From NCBI GenBank assembly GCA_937890005.1, contig CALBZA010000085.1, forward strand, positions 2,366 through 66,365: DNA of 64,000 bases. The letters run 5' to 3'. Below, piece by piece: positions 1 through 8,767 of the stretch. A program made the position numbers and the translations under genes. The notes beneath the pieces were generated by a model. That model was given only the letters and a program-made list of their open reading frames with translations, was not told where the DNA came from and made no database searches. The DNA comes from an uncultured Verrucomicrobia subdivision 3 bacterium (GTDB taxonomy: Bacteria > Verrucomicrobiota > Verrucomicrobiia > Limisphaerales > DASXHY01). Each line of letters opens with the position of its first letter. Position 1 is the stretch's first letter.

Positions 1-1537
1 CAGAGTCTCGTTTGAGCACACGAAATTCGGTCCGTGACGGCAGCCCGGCTTCGAAATCGATCGTTCGAGTTCCCACTTCGCCGGGTTCCGCGCTAACCGG
101 AGCATCACAGCTGAAAGCGTCTGTGTTCGGCTGGCCTTGAGTTTTCACGAGGTAGTATTTTTCAACCTGGCCGCGCGAAAATTGCGGTTGCAGCAACGCT
201 GCGAAATGGCGTGTTCGTGTCAGCAGCACCACTCCGGTTGTATTGGCATCCAGCCGGTGTGCCTGCTTCGGTTTTTCCGGTTGGAAAACCTGATTCAGGA
301 TGTATTGCAGCGTGTTTCGATTGAATCTTCCTCCGGCATGCATTGGCAGCGGAGCCGGTTTGTTCAGGACGATGATTGCCTCATCTTCGTGAAGAACCTG
401 AATGTTCCCGTTCACAGGCGGTTCCACGACATTTGGGAACTTGTGAAGAAAGCGCTCGCCGGCCCGAACCGTGCGTTCCGCGGCGCAGATATTGTGGGCG
501 TGATCCAATACAAGACCACGCCGGCATTCCGATTCCCAATCTTCGCGTGAAATGTGTCGAACCACCCGGCAAAGCGTCTCAAGCAGAGTGGCGCCATCGC
601 ATTCCTCCGGCACATTGATCGGACGATAATTGTCGTAGGGCACCGAGCCGGGAAGCGGATTGATGACGCTCTGGATGGCTGCGTGCCGCTTTTCGAGCAG
701 CTCGGCCAGCGCTTGTTCGGGCGTTTTGAAACAGTGCGGACAGGACTTGCCGGCTACGTAACGTTCATCCTCCTGTTCCGCCCTGGTCAATGGCGTGAGG
801 CAGACGAAGCATTGATTCGATTCTGTCTCACGCAACGCGGGATCAACACCGACGCGCTGATCGAAGACGAAACATTCGCCGTCGTAATGTGCGCCGCCGC
901 ATTCCTCGAAATATTTCAGAATGCCGCCTTCGAGCTGGAAAATATTTTTGAAACCCTCGCGTTCCATGAACGGCCCGGCCTTCTCGCATCGAATGCCGCC
1001 CGTGCAAAACATGACGATTGGCTGCTGTTTCATCTCCGGCGGCAGTTTCCGGACTGCTGCGGGAAAATCGCGGAAGTGCTTAACGCCGATCGGCAGCGCG
1101 TTCTTGAATGTGCCGAGCTTCACTTCGTAATCATTGCGTGTGTCGAGCAGCGTGATCGGTTTGCCTTCGTCGAGCCATTCCTTGAGTTTCTTTGGCGGAA
1201 GTTTCGGCGAAGTCTGTTTCCCCGGCGCAATGCCTTCCACGCCGAACGCGATGATCTCCTTTTTCAATCGCACGAGCATGCGGTTGAACGGCTGATGATC
1301 GCTTTCGCTGACTTTGACTTCCAGATTTTCAAGTCCGTGAATGGATCGAAGTTCGGCAAGCAGCAGCTCGATTTTTTCCGGGGTTCCTGCGACGAAAAGG
1401 TTGATCCCTTCCGGGCTGAGCAAAATTGTGCCGCGCAGGCTCCATGATTTGCAAAGACTGAGCAGACGTCCCCGCAGCGGGCCGATGTCGGCCAGTGGCG
1501 CAAACTTGTATGCGGCGATGTTGATAAACTTCGGCAT
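1..1537 (-). CDS. TrhO (rhodanese-type tRNA U34 hydroxylase, UPF0176/YceA) fused in frame to an RluA-family pseudouridine synthase; 3' end runs off the window
   Basis: I translated the minus strand by hand from ATG 1537 to position 1 and found no stop. The ORF is missing from the track because it is edge-truncated. N-terminal half: MPKFINIAAYKF...CTGGIRCEKA, the rhodanese active-site loop, plus CxxC...CPHC. C-terminal half: LNKPAPLPMH...HRLDANTTGVVLL, the RluA catalytic motif. Confidence 0.8.
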   Translation of the reverse strand, partial: MPKFINIAAYKFAPLADIGPLRGRLLSLCKSWSLRGTILLSPEGINLFVAGTPEKIELLLAELRSIHGLENLEVKVSESDHQPFNRMLVRLKKEIIAFGVEGIAPGKQTSPKLPPKKLKEWLDEGKPITLLDTRNDYEVKLGTFKNALPIGVKHFRDFPAAVRKLPPEMKQQPIVMFCTGGIRCEKAGPFMEREGFKNIFQLEGGILKYFEECGGAHYDGECFVFDQRVGVDPALRETESNQCFVCLTPLTRAEQEDERYVAGKSCPHCFKTPEQALAELLEKRHAAIQSVINPLPGSVPYDNYRPINVPEECDGATLLETLCRVVRHISREDWESECRRGLVLDHAHNICAAERTVRAGERFLHKFPNVVEPPVNGNIQVLHEDEAIIVLNKPAPLPMHAGGRFNRNTLQYILNQVFQPEKPKQAHRLDANTTGVVLLTRTRHFAALLQPQFSRGQVEKYYLVKTQGQPNTDAFSCDAPVSAEPGEVGTRTIDFEAGLPSRTEFRVLKRDS

Positions 1538-1671
1538 GGAGCGGGCAAATTAGCTGCAAAACAGGGCGCTGCCAACCGTGCTTTCTTCGTATGTGCAGGG
1601 TGGGTTATCCAACTGACATTCGTTCGTGCGCTAAACAGTTTTTGCGAACGTTCGCCTTTGGCGCCGACCGT

Positions 1672-2154
1672 TCAGGAACGTTTTGCGAAACATGAATTCA
1701 ACTCTGCCAGCGCCTCATCCACTGCCGTTTGAATTCGTCGCGGCCCGTCTCCGCCGAGTCGCCGGTCCAAATCTTCCAGGCGACGGACCAGATCCAATAC
1801 GTCCTTTCTGCTGTAGGGCCCACCGGCCGTGTCGCAGAAATGCGTCCGACACCCGAAGGGACGATCGGAGTAAATCAGGCACCTGCCTGTTTCCGTTTTC
1901 AACAGCGGACAATTTTCTTCGTCGGCTTCAAGCAGTTCCCGGCGTCCCGTGGCCCGAAGGGCCTTTGCGGCCAGAAGAGCTTCGCCTTTCGTCAGCTGCG
2001 GTGTTCTTCCTGTGATGTGGAACTGGCAGCACTCGGTTTGTCCGATGCAATTGCGCTGGATCGGGCGCGCAGCCAATGTTTTGTAAATTTCACGAACTTC
2101 GATGAGAGCGTTCTCGAGTTCCTCCTGTTTCATGGGGCAATGTGCTTTTTCCAA
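1672..2154 (-). CDS. YkgJ-family cysteine-cluster protein (UPF0153, putative Zn/Fe-binding)
   Basis: 160-aa ORF with CIGQTECC and CPLL...GRCLIYSDRPFGCRTHFC motifs. Its 5' end overlaps the oxyR-like 3' end, so the start may be at 2133. Confidence 0.65.
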   Translation of the reverse strand: MEKAHCPMKQEELENALIEVREIYKTLAARPIQRNCIGQTECCQFHITGRTPQLTKGEALLAAKALRATGRRELLEADEENCPLLKTETGRCLIYSDRPFGCRTHFCDTAGGPYSRKDVLDLVRRLEDLDRRLGGDGPRRIQTAVDEALAELNSCFAKRS

Positions 2155-3028
2155 ACTGCCGTGAAATGAGCTTCAAAAACTCCTTTGTGGCCCGCGAGGG
2201 AGGACGTTGCCTCGGCCAGATTGCAGCGATCTTTCGAGTCGGTCGCGGATTCTGGAGCGACCGGTATTCGGGAGAGCCGGAATGATCGCGGTGAACCGCC
2301 ATCGCGGGAATCAATGAAATTCCCAGCCCCGCTCGGACGAGTGACTGGATGGTTTCAAGTTGTGCGCTTCGGAAACTTATTGGCGCACGCAAATCAGAGC
2401 GTTCGCAAAAGCTGAGAACCTGATCGCCAAGACAGTGTCCTTCCTTCATTACGATCAACCGCTCGTTCTGAAGATCTTCGATCCGGATTCCGCGCTTTTT
2501 GGCAAGAGGATGTCCTGCAGGTAACGCCACCAACAGTTCCTCGGAGAACAAATCCTGGACGTGAAGTTGCGATCCGGGAAACGGCGGGCTGGCCAGCGCG
2601 AAATCGACTTCGCAACTTAAAACCTGTTTCAGCAGTCGCGCGGTGGTGTCCTCCTGCACGATCACTTCGACGCCCGGAAATTTCTCCACAAATTCCGCCA
2701 TGACACCCGGCAGCAGATATGGAGCGATTGTAGGCAGCACTCCAACGGCGAGGGTTCCGCGCAGCAGTTCCTTGGCGTCCGATGCCTCGCGTTTCGCCGC
2801 ATCCACCTCTTCCAGGATTTTGACCGCGCGGCGGAGAAAGATTTCCCCGTGCGAAGTCAGCTTTACCTGGCGCTTCATACGATCAAAAAGCCGTTCTCCC
2901 AATTCGGCTTCAAGCTTCTGAATCTGCTGGCTCAGGGATGGCTGGGAAACATGGCATTGTTCCGCGGCGCGGGAGAAGTTTCCTGTTCGCGCCACGGCAA
3001 CCACGTATCGGAGTTGATGCATTTCCAT
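2090..3028 (-). CDS. oxyR: LysR-family transcriptional regulator, OxyR-like
   Basis: N-terminal HTH MHQLRYVVAVARTGNFSRAAEQCHVSQPSLSQQIQKLE. The segment EGHCLGDQVLSFC has two Cys nine residues apart, like the OxyR redox pair C199/C208. Confidence 0.75.
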   Translation of the reverse strand: MEMHQLRYVVAVARTGNFSRAAEQCHVSQPSLSQQIQKLEAELGERLFDRMKRQVKLTSHGEIFLRRAVKILEEVDAAKREASDAKELLRGTLAVGVLPTIAPYLLPGVMAEFVEKFPGVEVIVQEDTTARLLKQVLSCEVDFALASPPFPGSQLHVQDLFSEELLVALPAGHPLAKKRGIRIEDLQNERLIVMKEGHCLGDQVLSFCERSDLRAPISFRSAQLETIQSLVRAGLGISLIPAMAVHRDHSGSPEYRSLQNPRPTRKIAAIWPRQRPPSRATKEFLKLISRQFGKSTLPHETGGTRERSHRSS

Positions 3029-3470
3029 ATCAGGGATGCATCCCGCCGGCCGGGTTCAAGCGCGGGCTGCACGCGGATCATAGATGGCGGCAATCGTCAT
3101 GACAGACAACTGGTATTTCAACGGGCCGTTGAGACCGCAGCAGCAGAACCGCTGCGTCCGTCAGCGTTTGAATGCTGCTCAATGACTTCGTCGTTGTCCG
3201 CTGCGTTCCATGGGACGCGCAGACTGGCGAGGGGAATTGAATCGTGGCGTTTGAGTTCGCAGCCGTTCGCGGCTTGGTTTGGTTGGGTTGTGCCGGTTCC
3301 AGGCATTGTTCTGAGATGAATGCCGCTTTTTCATGATTCAACGTACGGAACTCCGATTTGGCGGCAACGGGGAGTTTGAGAACTTCGCTGTGATCCAACG
3401 CCGCAACCCGCAGCCAGAACATTCCATTTCGGAAGTCTGTGCTGCGGGTTGGACGCGATTGAGGGAAACA

Positions 3471-3941
3471 TCAACGTTCTGCGACTCGGGCTTCCAGCTC
3501 ACACGTGCTGAGCGTGCTCTTTTTCGCGACGGGAAGTCCGTGATCTGCGCGTCCGGGGACCGGTGGTGCGAGGAACGTTCGCGAGACCAGCGCCATCGTG
3601 AATGGCCTCGTGCGATTCCATGGACACAACGACAACATGCGTGCGAGCAAACAATACCCGAACAGCAGGAGTGCGGATGTTCCAAGCATCGGAATCCAAA
3701 AGGTCCACGACATCCCTGAGAGCAGGTAGCCGACGAGACAGACCGTGTAAGCGATCCGAATTTGGACCGGGTAAGGTTTCAGCGACCGATGCTTGACCAG
3801 GAACCAGCAGGTTTGCGCGGCTGACAATGCGATCGCCGTGTAAAAACCGGTGGGATGACCCGCGAGGCCGAACGCCAGCGATGTCGCGGTCGCGAGCCAG
3901 ACCCACCACGTCAGTTCGGAAGGCATCAGAAGCAGTCTCAT
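3471..3941 (-). CDS. hypothetical integral membrane protein (about 4 TM segments)
   Basis: 156-aa ORF with several hydrophobic segments. It starts 4 nt after the OsmC stop, which suggests an operon. Confidence 0.55.
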   Translation of the reverse strand: MRLLLMPSELTWWVWLATATSLAFGLAGHPTGFYTAIALSAAQTCWFLVKHRSLKPYPVQIRIAYTVCLVGYLLSGMSWTFWIPMLGTSALLLFGYCLLARMLSLCPWNRTRPFTMALVSRTFLAPPVPGRADHGLPVAKKSTLSTCELEARVAER

Positions 3942-3944
3942 CGA

Positions 3945-4559
3945 TCACCTCACGACCAGTTCAGCTTTTTCTGCGGCCGTATCGTTCCGCCCGATCAACA
4001 GCTTCGACTTCAAAGAAACCGGGTGGGACAGGTTGAAGTAGTTCGGAGAGGTCGCCATCACTGTGCGATGAATCCGCTCGAACTGTTCCGGAGTTCCGTT
4101 GCCCTGAATGTGAACGGTGTATTCCAGCTCGTCGTAGCCTGGACTCACCGACGCATCGAGGGCGAAAAATCCGCGAAGGTCGATGTTCCCTTTCGTTTCT
4201 ATGCGCAGTTCCTCCAGTTGAATTCCCTCGAGAGCACACAAAGCCGTGTAGCCGACGATCATGCATCCGTTGAGCGCGGCAAGGAGATACTCCTGCGGAT
4301 TGGGAAACGCGTTTTGGCCGCAGAGTTCCAGCGGTTCATCGATGCGAAGTGTGAACGGGCGCCGCACGAATTTTCCGCCGATCTGGAATCCGTCGATGTT
4401 GGCATCGGACCGGGTTCCGCCGCGCCAGTGCGACGTGACCTGCCATCGCGTCATTCCTTCCTCGGGATTTTTTGCGACCGCATCGATTGCACTGCGGAGG
4501 GCGAGGGTGTCGATGCCGTTGATGTGTTGTGATGTTGTTTTCATGGTGTTTGGTTTCAT
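3945..4559 (-). CDS. OsmC/Ohr-family peroxiredoxin-like protein
   Basis: 204-aa ORF with the OsmC-type core LELCGQNAFPNPQEYLLAALNGCM and a second conserved Cys (YTALCALEG). Confidence 0.75.
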   Translation of the reverse strand: MKPNTMKTTSQHINGIDTLALRSAIDAVAKNPEEGMTRWQVTSHWRGGTRSDANIDGFQIGGKFVRRPFTLRIDEPLELCGQNAFPNPQEYLLAALNGCMIVGYTALCALEGIQLEELRIETKGNIDLRGFFALDASVSPGYDELEYTVHIQGNGTPEQFERIHRTVMATSPNYFNLSHPVSLKSKLLIGRNDTAAEKAELVVR

Positions 4560-4573
4560 ACGAGGAGGAGGAA

Positions 4574-4589
4574 TGCCGAATTCGTGCCA
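4574..4589 (-). promoter_or_regulatory. candidate sigma54 (-24/-12) promoter upstream of the OsmC operon
   Basis: The minus strand reads TGGCACGAATTCGGCA. The -24 half (TGGCACG) is perfect and GG-N10-GC spacing is correct; the -12 half is CGGCA rather than TTGCA. It lies only 14 nt from ATG 4559. Confidence 0.45.
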
Positions 4590-4675
4590 ACGGAATTTGG
4601 CCAGTGAAACCGCACGAAAAACGCAGAAAATCGAAGAAAACCGAAAATGCGGGGAGCTTGGTGGACTCGCGGAAG

Positions 4676-4690
4676 TTCGCGACTCGCGAA
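4676..4690. promoter_or_regulatory. perfect 7-1-7 palindrome TTCGCGA-C-TCGCGAA, candidate enhancer (UAS) site
   Basis: It lies about 90 bp upstream of the candidate -24 element and just after the stop of the sigma54 activator gene. An extra ACTCGCG half-site is at 4665-4671. Confidence 0.4.
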
Positions 4691-4711
4691 ATCTCGTGAA
4701 GCGAAAACGTG

Positions 4712-6640
4712 TTACTGCTTGCGCTGAATGCCGAGCGCCTTCATTCGCGAAGTGACGGTCGATGCCGGCAATCCGAGAAGCTGCGCCGCACCGCCCGCGC
4801 CGGAGATTTTCCAGTTTGCGGCGATCAGAGCTCGTTCAAGATTTGAGCGTTCGAGCGACTGCAATTCAATCGCACTGAGCACGATGCCTTCGCCATCGGC
4901 TGGAGCGCTTCGTGCCATGGATGCGAGACGCGGCGGGGCTTCAGCGGGTAGTGCCCGCTGAAGGTCCAGTCGCGGACCGCGAGCCAGAATGATGGCGCGT
5001 TCAATCACGTTCTGCAGTTCGCGGACATTTCCCGGCCAGTTGTAACTCTGAAGACGGCGCACGTCCTCTGGAGACAACGGATCAATTCGCCGGCCCATCC
5101 GCCTAGCGAATCGTTCCACAAAAGCGTTGGCGAGGAGGGCGATATCCTGGTCGCGTTCTCGCAGTGGCGGAACGGACACGGGAAAAACATTGAGCCGATA
5201 AAACAGATCTTCACGGAACTTTCCGTCCGCGGCCATTTGCTTGAGGTCTCGGTTTGTGGCGGCCACGACACGCACGTTGACCTTCCAGGTGCGGGCGCTT
5301 CCGAGTGGTTCGAATTCGCCCTCCTGAAGAACGCGGAGCAGTTTGGCCTGGAGGTCGAGCGGCAACTCGCCGACTTCGTCGAGAAAAATGGTTCCTCCGT
5401 CCGCAAGTGCGAAACGCCCGTCGCGCCGCGTTGTTGCACCTGTGAAAGCGCCGCGTTCGTGTCCGAAGAACTCGCTTTCCATGAGAGTTCCCGGAATGGC
5501 CGCGCAGTTCACTCGGACCAAAGGTTTGTCCTTGCGCGGGCTTGCATCGTGAATTGATCGCGCAATCAGCTCCTTGCCCGTTCCGGTTTCGCCTGTGATC
5601 AACACCGTTGCATCCGTGGCAGCGACGCGTTTGACCGATTCGAAAAGCTCCTTCATCACCGCGCTGTGGCCGATCATGTCGCCCATGCCCGCTGCGTCGC
5701 GAACGCTGTCGCGCAGATATTCGGTTTCGGCGGTCAGGAGTTCGATGCGTCTTTCCGCGGCCAATCGTTCATCGATGTTTCGGAGAATGACGGTGAAACA
5801 AACCCGTCCGCGATGATGGAAGCGCGACAGTGTTGCTTCGGCGGGAAAGGTGGACCTGTCCCAACGCTGTGCGATCAGGCTTTGGGGAATCCAAAGCTGA
5901 CTGGGAGCGTTGCTGCGCGAATCCAGTTCCCGCACGAATTTGTTGAGTTGCGCGGCGCTTTCAGTGGTCAGGAAGTTTCGAAGGTTTTCGCCAAGCAAAT
6001 CTTCTGCGTGACAGCCGAAGAGACGTTCTGCAGCCGGATTCACACGCGTTATTTCGCCACGCTCAGTTAGAACCAGCACGGCATCCATCGCGCTGTTGAG
6101 CAATCCGCTGAGTTCTTCTTCCCGGGCGCGAACCTCCGCCTCCTGTCGCAGCCGGCGCTGTTCCGCTGCGGCGCGCGCGGCGAAGATTTCGAACAGCGAA
6201 ATTGACCGTGTATTGGCCGGCATCGGTTTGTTGTCGAGCACGGACAAATGGCCCATGACTTCTCCGGAGAGATCCAGCAGCGGGACACCGAGGTAGCTCA
6301 CGGCATTCCATGCGACGAGCTCGGGTTCGTGGGGATAGAGTTCGATGATGCGCTCGGGGATGTGAACCAGCTTTCGAGATTCAACGACCGGCTCGCACGC
6401 AGTTCCCGCGATGGCGTATTCGTATTCCGGGATGAATTGTCCGTTCATCCAGAACGCGAGCGCGCGAAGACGTTTGGTTTCGGGCAAGTATTCCGTCACC
6501 CACGCGCCGGCAGTTCCCATCGCAAAGGAGAGGTTTCGGACAAGGGCGCGGAAGAATTCCGTTCCTGTTTCCGCGACGGTGCCATCGACAATCAGCCGCA
6601 AGGCGGCTTCATCGCTCAACTGTGTTGTCTGCCCGTTCAT
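4712..6640 (-). CDS. sigma54-dependent transcriptional activator (GAF + PAS + AAA+ + Fis-type HTH)
   Basis: 642-aa ORF with Walker A GETGTGKELIARSIH, the sigma54-contact motif ESEFFGHERGAFTGA, and a C-terminal HTH AAQLLGLPASTVTSRMKALGI. Confidence 0.9.
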   Translation of the reverse strand: MNGQTTQLSDEAALRLIVDGTVAETGTEFFRALVRNLSFAMGTAGAWVTEYLPETKRLRALAFWMNGQFIPEYEYAIAGTACEPVVESRKLVHIPERIIELYPHEPELVAWNAVSYLGVPLLDLSGEVMGHLSVLDNKPMPANTRSISLFEIFAARAAAEQRRLRQEAEVRAREEELSGLLNSAMDAVLVLTERGEITRVNPAAERLFGCHAEDLLGENLRNFLTTESAAQLNKFVRELDSRSNAPSQLWIPQSLIAQRWDRSTFPAEATLSRFHHRGRVCFTVILRNIDERLAAERRIELLTAETEYLRDSVRDAAGMGDMIGHSAVMKELFESVKRVAATDATVLITGETGTGKELIARSIHDASPRKDKPLVRVNCAAIPGTLMESEFFGHERGAFTGATTRRDGRFALADGGTIFLDEVGELPLDLQAKLLRVLQEGEFEPLGSARTWKVNVRVVAATNRDLKQMAADGKFREDLFYRLNVFPVSVPPLRERDQDIALLANAFVERFARRMGRRIDPLSPEDVRRLQSYNWPGNVRELQNVIERAIILARGPRLDLQRALPAEAPPRLASMARSAPADGEGIVLSAIELQSLERSNLERALIAANWKISGAGGAAQLLGLPASTVTSRMKALGIQRKQ

Positions 6641-6858
6641 TTTTTCAAGTCGTCACGGCCGCCCACGCCAGGATGGCGGGGCGAGTGGTGTCGGGATGCG
6701 GCTTATTTGGCCCGTTTTGACGGAATGTTCCAGTTCTTTTTCGGGATGGCTTTGAGGGTTTTTCAGCCTCAGGAAGAATTCCGGTTCATTGCGGGGTTTT
6801 CCGGGGCTCGCTTCGAACGGGCCCCCGCTCTACATTGGCCCGGCGTGAATCGCATCGA

Positions 6859-7074
6859 ATGAAACTCAAACAGGGTCAGGTCTGGAAGACAGCGGGCGTT
6901 TATCTGCGCGTGGTGCGCGTGGAACGGCTTGCGGTCGATTACAAGGAAATGCCAAGTCCCAATGGCCGCAAGGGAACGCATCTTCACGCCACCAAAAAGG
7001 AATTCTGCCGGATGCTCAAAGGCGCAACGCTGCTGACGGAGCAGGAAATCTTTCTTGAACCACGCAAGGGTTGA
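6859..7074 (+). CDS. small hypothetical protein (71 aa)
   Basis: ATG at 6859 inside track ORF 6835..7074. Third-position GC bias looks like coding sequence. I recognise no family. Confidence 0.4.
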   Translation: MKLKQGQVWKTAGVYLRVVRVERLAVDYKEMPSPNGRKGTHLHATKKEFCRMLKGATLLTEQEIFLEPRKG

Positions 7075-7137
7075 GCAACTCGGCTTGGTCCTCCTTTCGT
7101 TTGCTCTGGATCGATCCAGTGTGGTTATATTTGCCGG

Positions 7138-8187
7138 GTGAATCTCCACGAGACATTTGACGGCATGCTGCGCGGTTCGACGCCGTTCCTCGCGCTGGCG
7201 CCGATGCAGGACGTCACCGATCTGCCTTTCTGGGGGCTGATGGCGGCCTATGGTGGTCCGGATGTCTATTGGACGGAATATTTTCGAGTTCACCCGACTT
7301 CTTCGATCGAGAAGTACATCCTGCGATCGATCACGGAAAATCCGACGGGAAAACCGGCGGTGGCACAAATGATCGGCAACGACATTCCATCGCTGGTGCG
7401 GACGGCGAAGGAATTGCAACAGTACCCAATCGTCGCCGTCGATCTGAACCTGGGTTGTCCGGCGCCGATCGTTTACAAGAAGTGCGCGGGCGGGGGACTG
7501 CTTCGCGAGCCGGAACGTGTGGATGCCATTCTCGGCGCGCTGCGCGATGCAGTGAAGGTGAAGTTCACCGTGAAAACGCGGATCGGATTCAACTCGCCGG
7601 CGATTTTCGATCAGCTGCTTCCCATCTTCAGGAAACACAGTCTGGACCTGCTTACCGTTCACGGCCGAACCGTGGCTGAAGGATATCGAAGCGAGGTTCA
7701 TTACGATTTCATTGCGCGGGCTGTGGCGGAAATGAACTGTCCGGTGATGGCCAATGGGAATATTTATTCCGCGGACAAGGCGGCGGATGTTTTGCAAATG
7801 ACCGGTGCGCGCGGGTTGATGATTGGCCGCGGCGCAATTCGGAATCCGTGGCTGTTCAGTCAGGTGCGTCAGCGTCTGGCGGGGAAACCGATCACGCTGC
7901 CAACCGGACGTGACGTGCTCGGCTATGTCCAGGCCTTGTATGACGCGGTGTGCAATCCGGAAGTGGCCGAGTTCCAGCAGGTGGAACGAATGAAGCGTTA
8001 CATGAATTTCCTCGGACTCGGAGTCGAAGCAACCGGAGCGTTTCTGCATCAAATTCGTCGAGTGACGACGAAAGCTGATTTTTTCCGGGTGTGCGGGGAA
8101 TTTCTCGATCATCCTGAGCCGATGCCTCTGGAACCATTCACGCTGGAATTGAAACAGACCGACGTCATGGCCGGCGCGCAGCTTTGA
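7138..8187 (+). CDS. dus: tRNA-dihydrouridine synthase (Dus family)
   Basis: LAPMQDVTDLPFW...VDLNLGCPAPIVYKKCAGGGLL is the FMN/TIM-barrel Dus signature with its catalytic Cys. GTG start. Confidence 0.85.
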   Translation: MNLHETFDGMLRGSTPFLALAPMQDVTDLPFWGLMAAYGGPDVYWTEYFRVHPTSSIEKYILRSITENPTGKPAVAQMIGNDIPSLVRTAKELQQYPIVAVDLNLGCPAPIVYKKCAGGGLLREPERVDAILGALRDAVKVKFTVKTRIGFNSPAIFDQLLPIFRKHSLDLLTVHGRTVAEGYRSEVHYDFIARAVAEMNCPVMANGNIYSADKAADVLQMTGARGLMIGRGAIRNPWLFSQVRQRLAGKPITLPTGRDVLGYVQALYDAVCNPEVAEFQQVERMKRYMNFLGLGVEATGAFLHQIRRVTTKADFFRVCGEFLDHPEPMPLEPFTLELKQTDVMAGAQL

Positions 8188-8210
8188 AGGCGGGAACAGG
8201 GAGAAGAATT

Positions 8211-8300
8211 CAACGCAAAGACGCGGAGTCGCAACGGATCGCAAAGAACTTCAATTTCTTTTCACTCCAACCCGCGCCTTCGCTCCTTTGCGCCTTGCGA
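8211..8300. repeat. imperfect inverted repeat built from GCAAAG/CTTTGC words
   Basis: Left arm CAACGCAAAGACGCGGAGTCGCAACGGATCGCAAAGAAC and right arm CCGCGCCTTCGCTCCTTTGCGCCTTGCGA, lying between convergent dus and yraN. Confidence 0.5.
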
Positions 8301-8314
8301 TAAATCAGTCCCAT

Positions 8315-8743
8315 TCACCCGTATCGATACGGCTTTTCCATCGCGAACGTGTTCGGCAGATGCCGGACTTCCCGGACTTCGCCGTCGTGAAGCAGAACTT
8401 CCACAATGTCGAAACGGATTTTGATCTCCGGATTGTTCAACAGACGAAGATAGTCGAGCGCGGTCTGTGTCAGCAGCCGGCGTTTCCGCGTGTCCACGGC
8501 GGCGGCAGGACGAACCCACGCTTCCGATGAACGGGTTTTGACTTCAACGAATACGAGGCAATCCGCATCGCGACAGATGAGATCGATTTCGCCGCGGTCG
8601 GAACGAAAGTTGGCGGTGAGAAATTTCAGGCCGAGCTGTTTGAGGTGGCGTTTTGCGGCGCGTTCGCCGAGTTCGCCATGAATCAGGTGAAGCGGTTTTT
8701 CAACGCGAACCAGCTTCGCTTTCAATCTTTCCCAAAACCCCAT
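8315..8743 (-). CDS. yraN: YraN-family (UPF0102) endonuclease-like protein
   Basis: GELGERAAKRHLKQLGLKFLTANFRSDRGEIDLICRD...LVFVEVKTR matches the family core. It sits beside rnhB, a neighbourhood I recall as common. Confidence 0.8.
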   Translation of the reverse strand: MGFWERLKAKLVRVEKPLHLIHGELGERAAKRHLKQLGLKFLTANFRSDRGEIDLICRDADCLVFVEVKTRSSEAWVRPAAAVDTRKRRLLTQTALDYLRLLNNPEIKIRFDIVEVLLHDGEVREVRHLPNTFAMEKPYRYG

Positions 8744-8767
8744 GTCTCCCTTTCCCTTTTTACAGGC

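Noticed and set aside
554-1447. 297-aa plus-strand ORF (and 137..550)
   Set aside because: It lies antisense to the verified uninterrupted TrhO-RluA reading frame. The composition is rich in R, F and L with no recognisable motifs, which is typical of a shadow ORF in GC-rich DNA.
1644-1655. 12-bp palindrome GCGAACGTTCGC after the YkgJ-family gene, considered as a terminator
   Set aside because: It has no loop and no T tract, and is too short to call.
3078-3422. 114-aa minus-strand ORF in the oxyR upstream spacer
   Set aside because: It has no motif, no signal peptide, no TM segment and no coding-like composition, and overlapping ORFs of similar length exist in other frames.
6769-8244. 491-aa minus-strand ORF
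   Set aside because: It lies antisense to the well-supported dus gene and the small upstream ORF. The sequence is Arg/His-rich and low in complexity, with no motifs.
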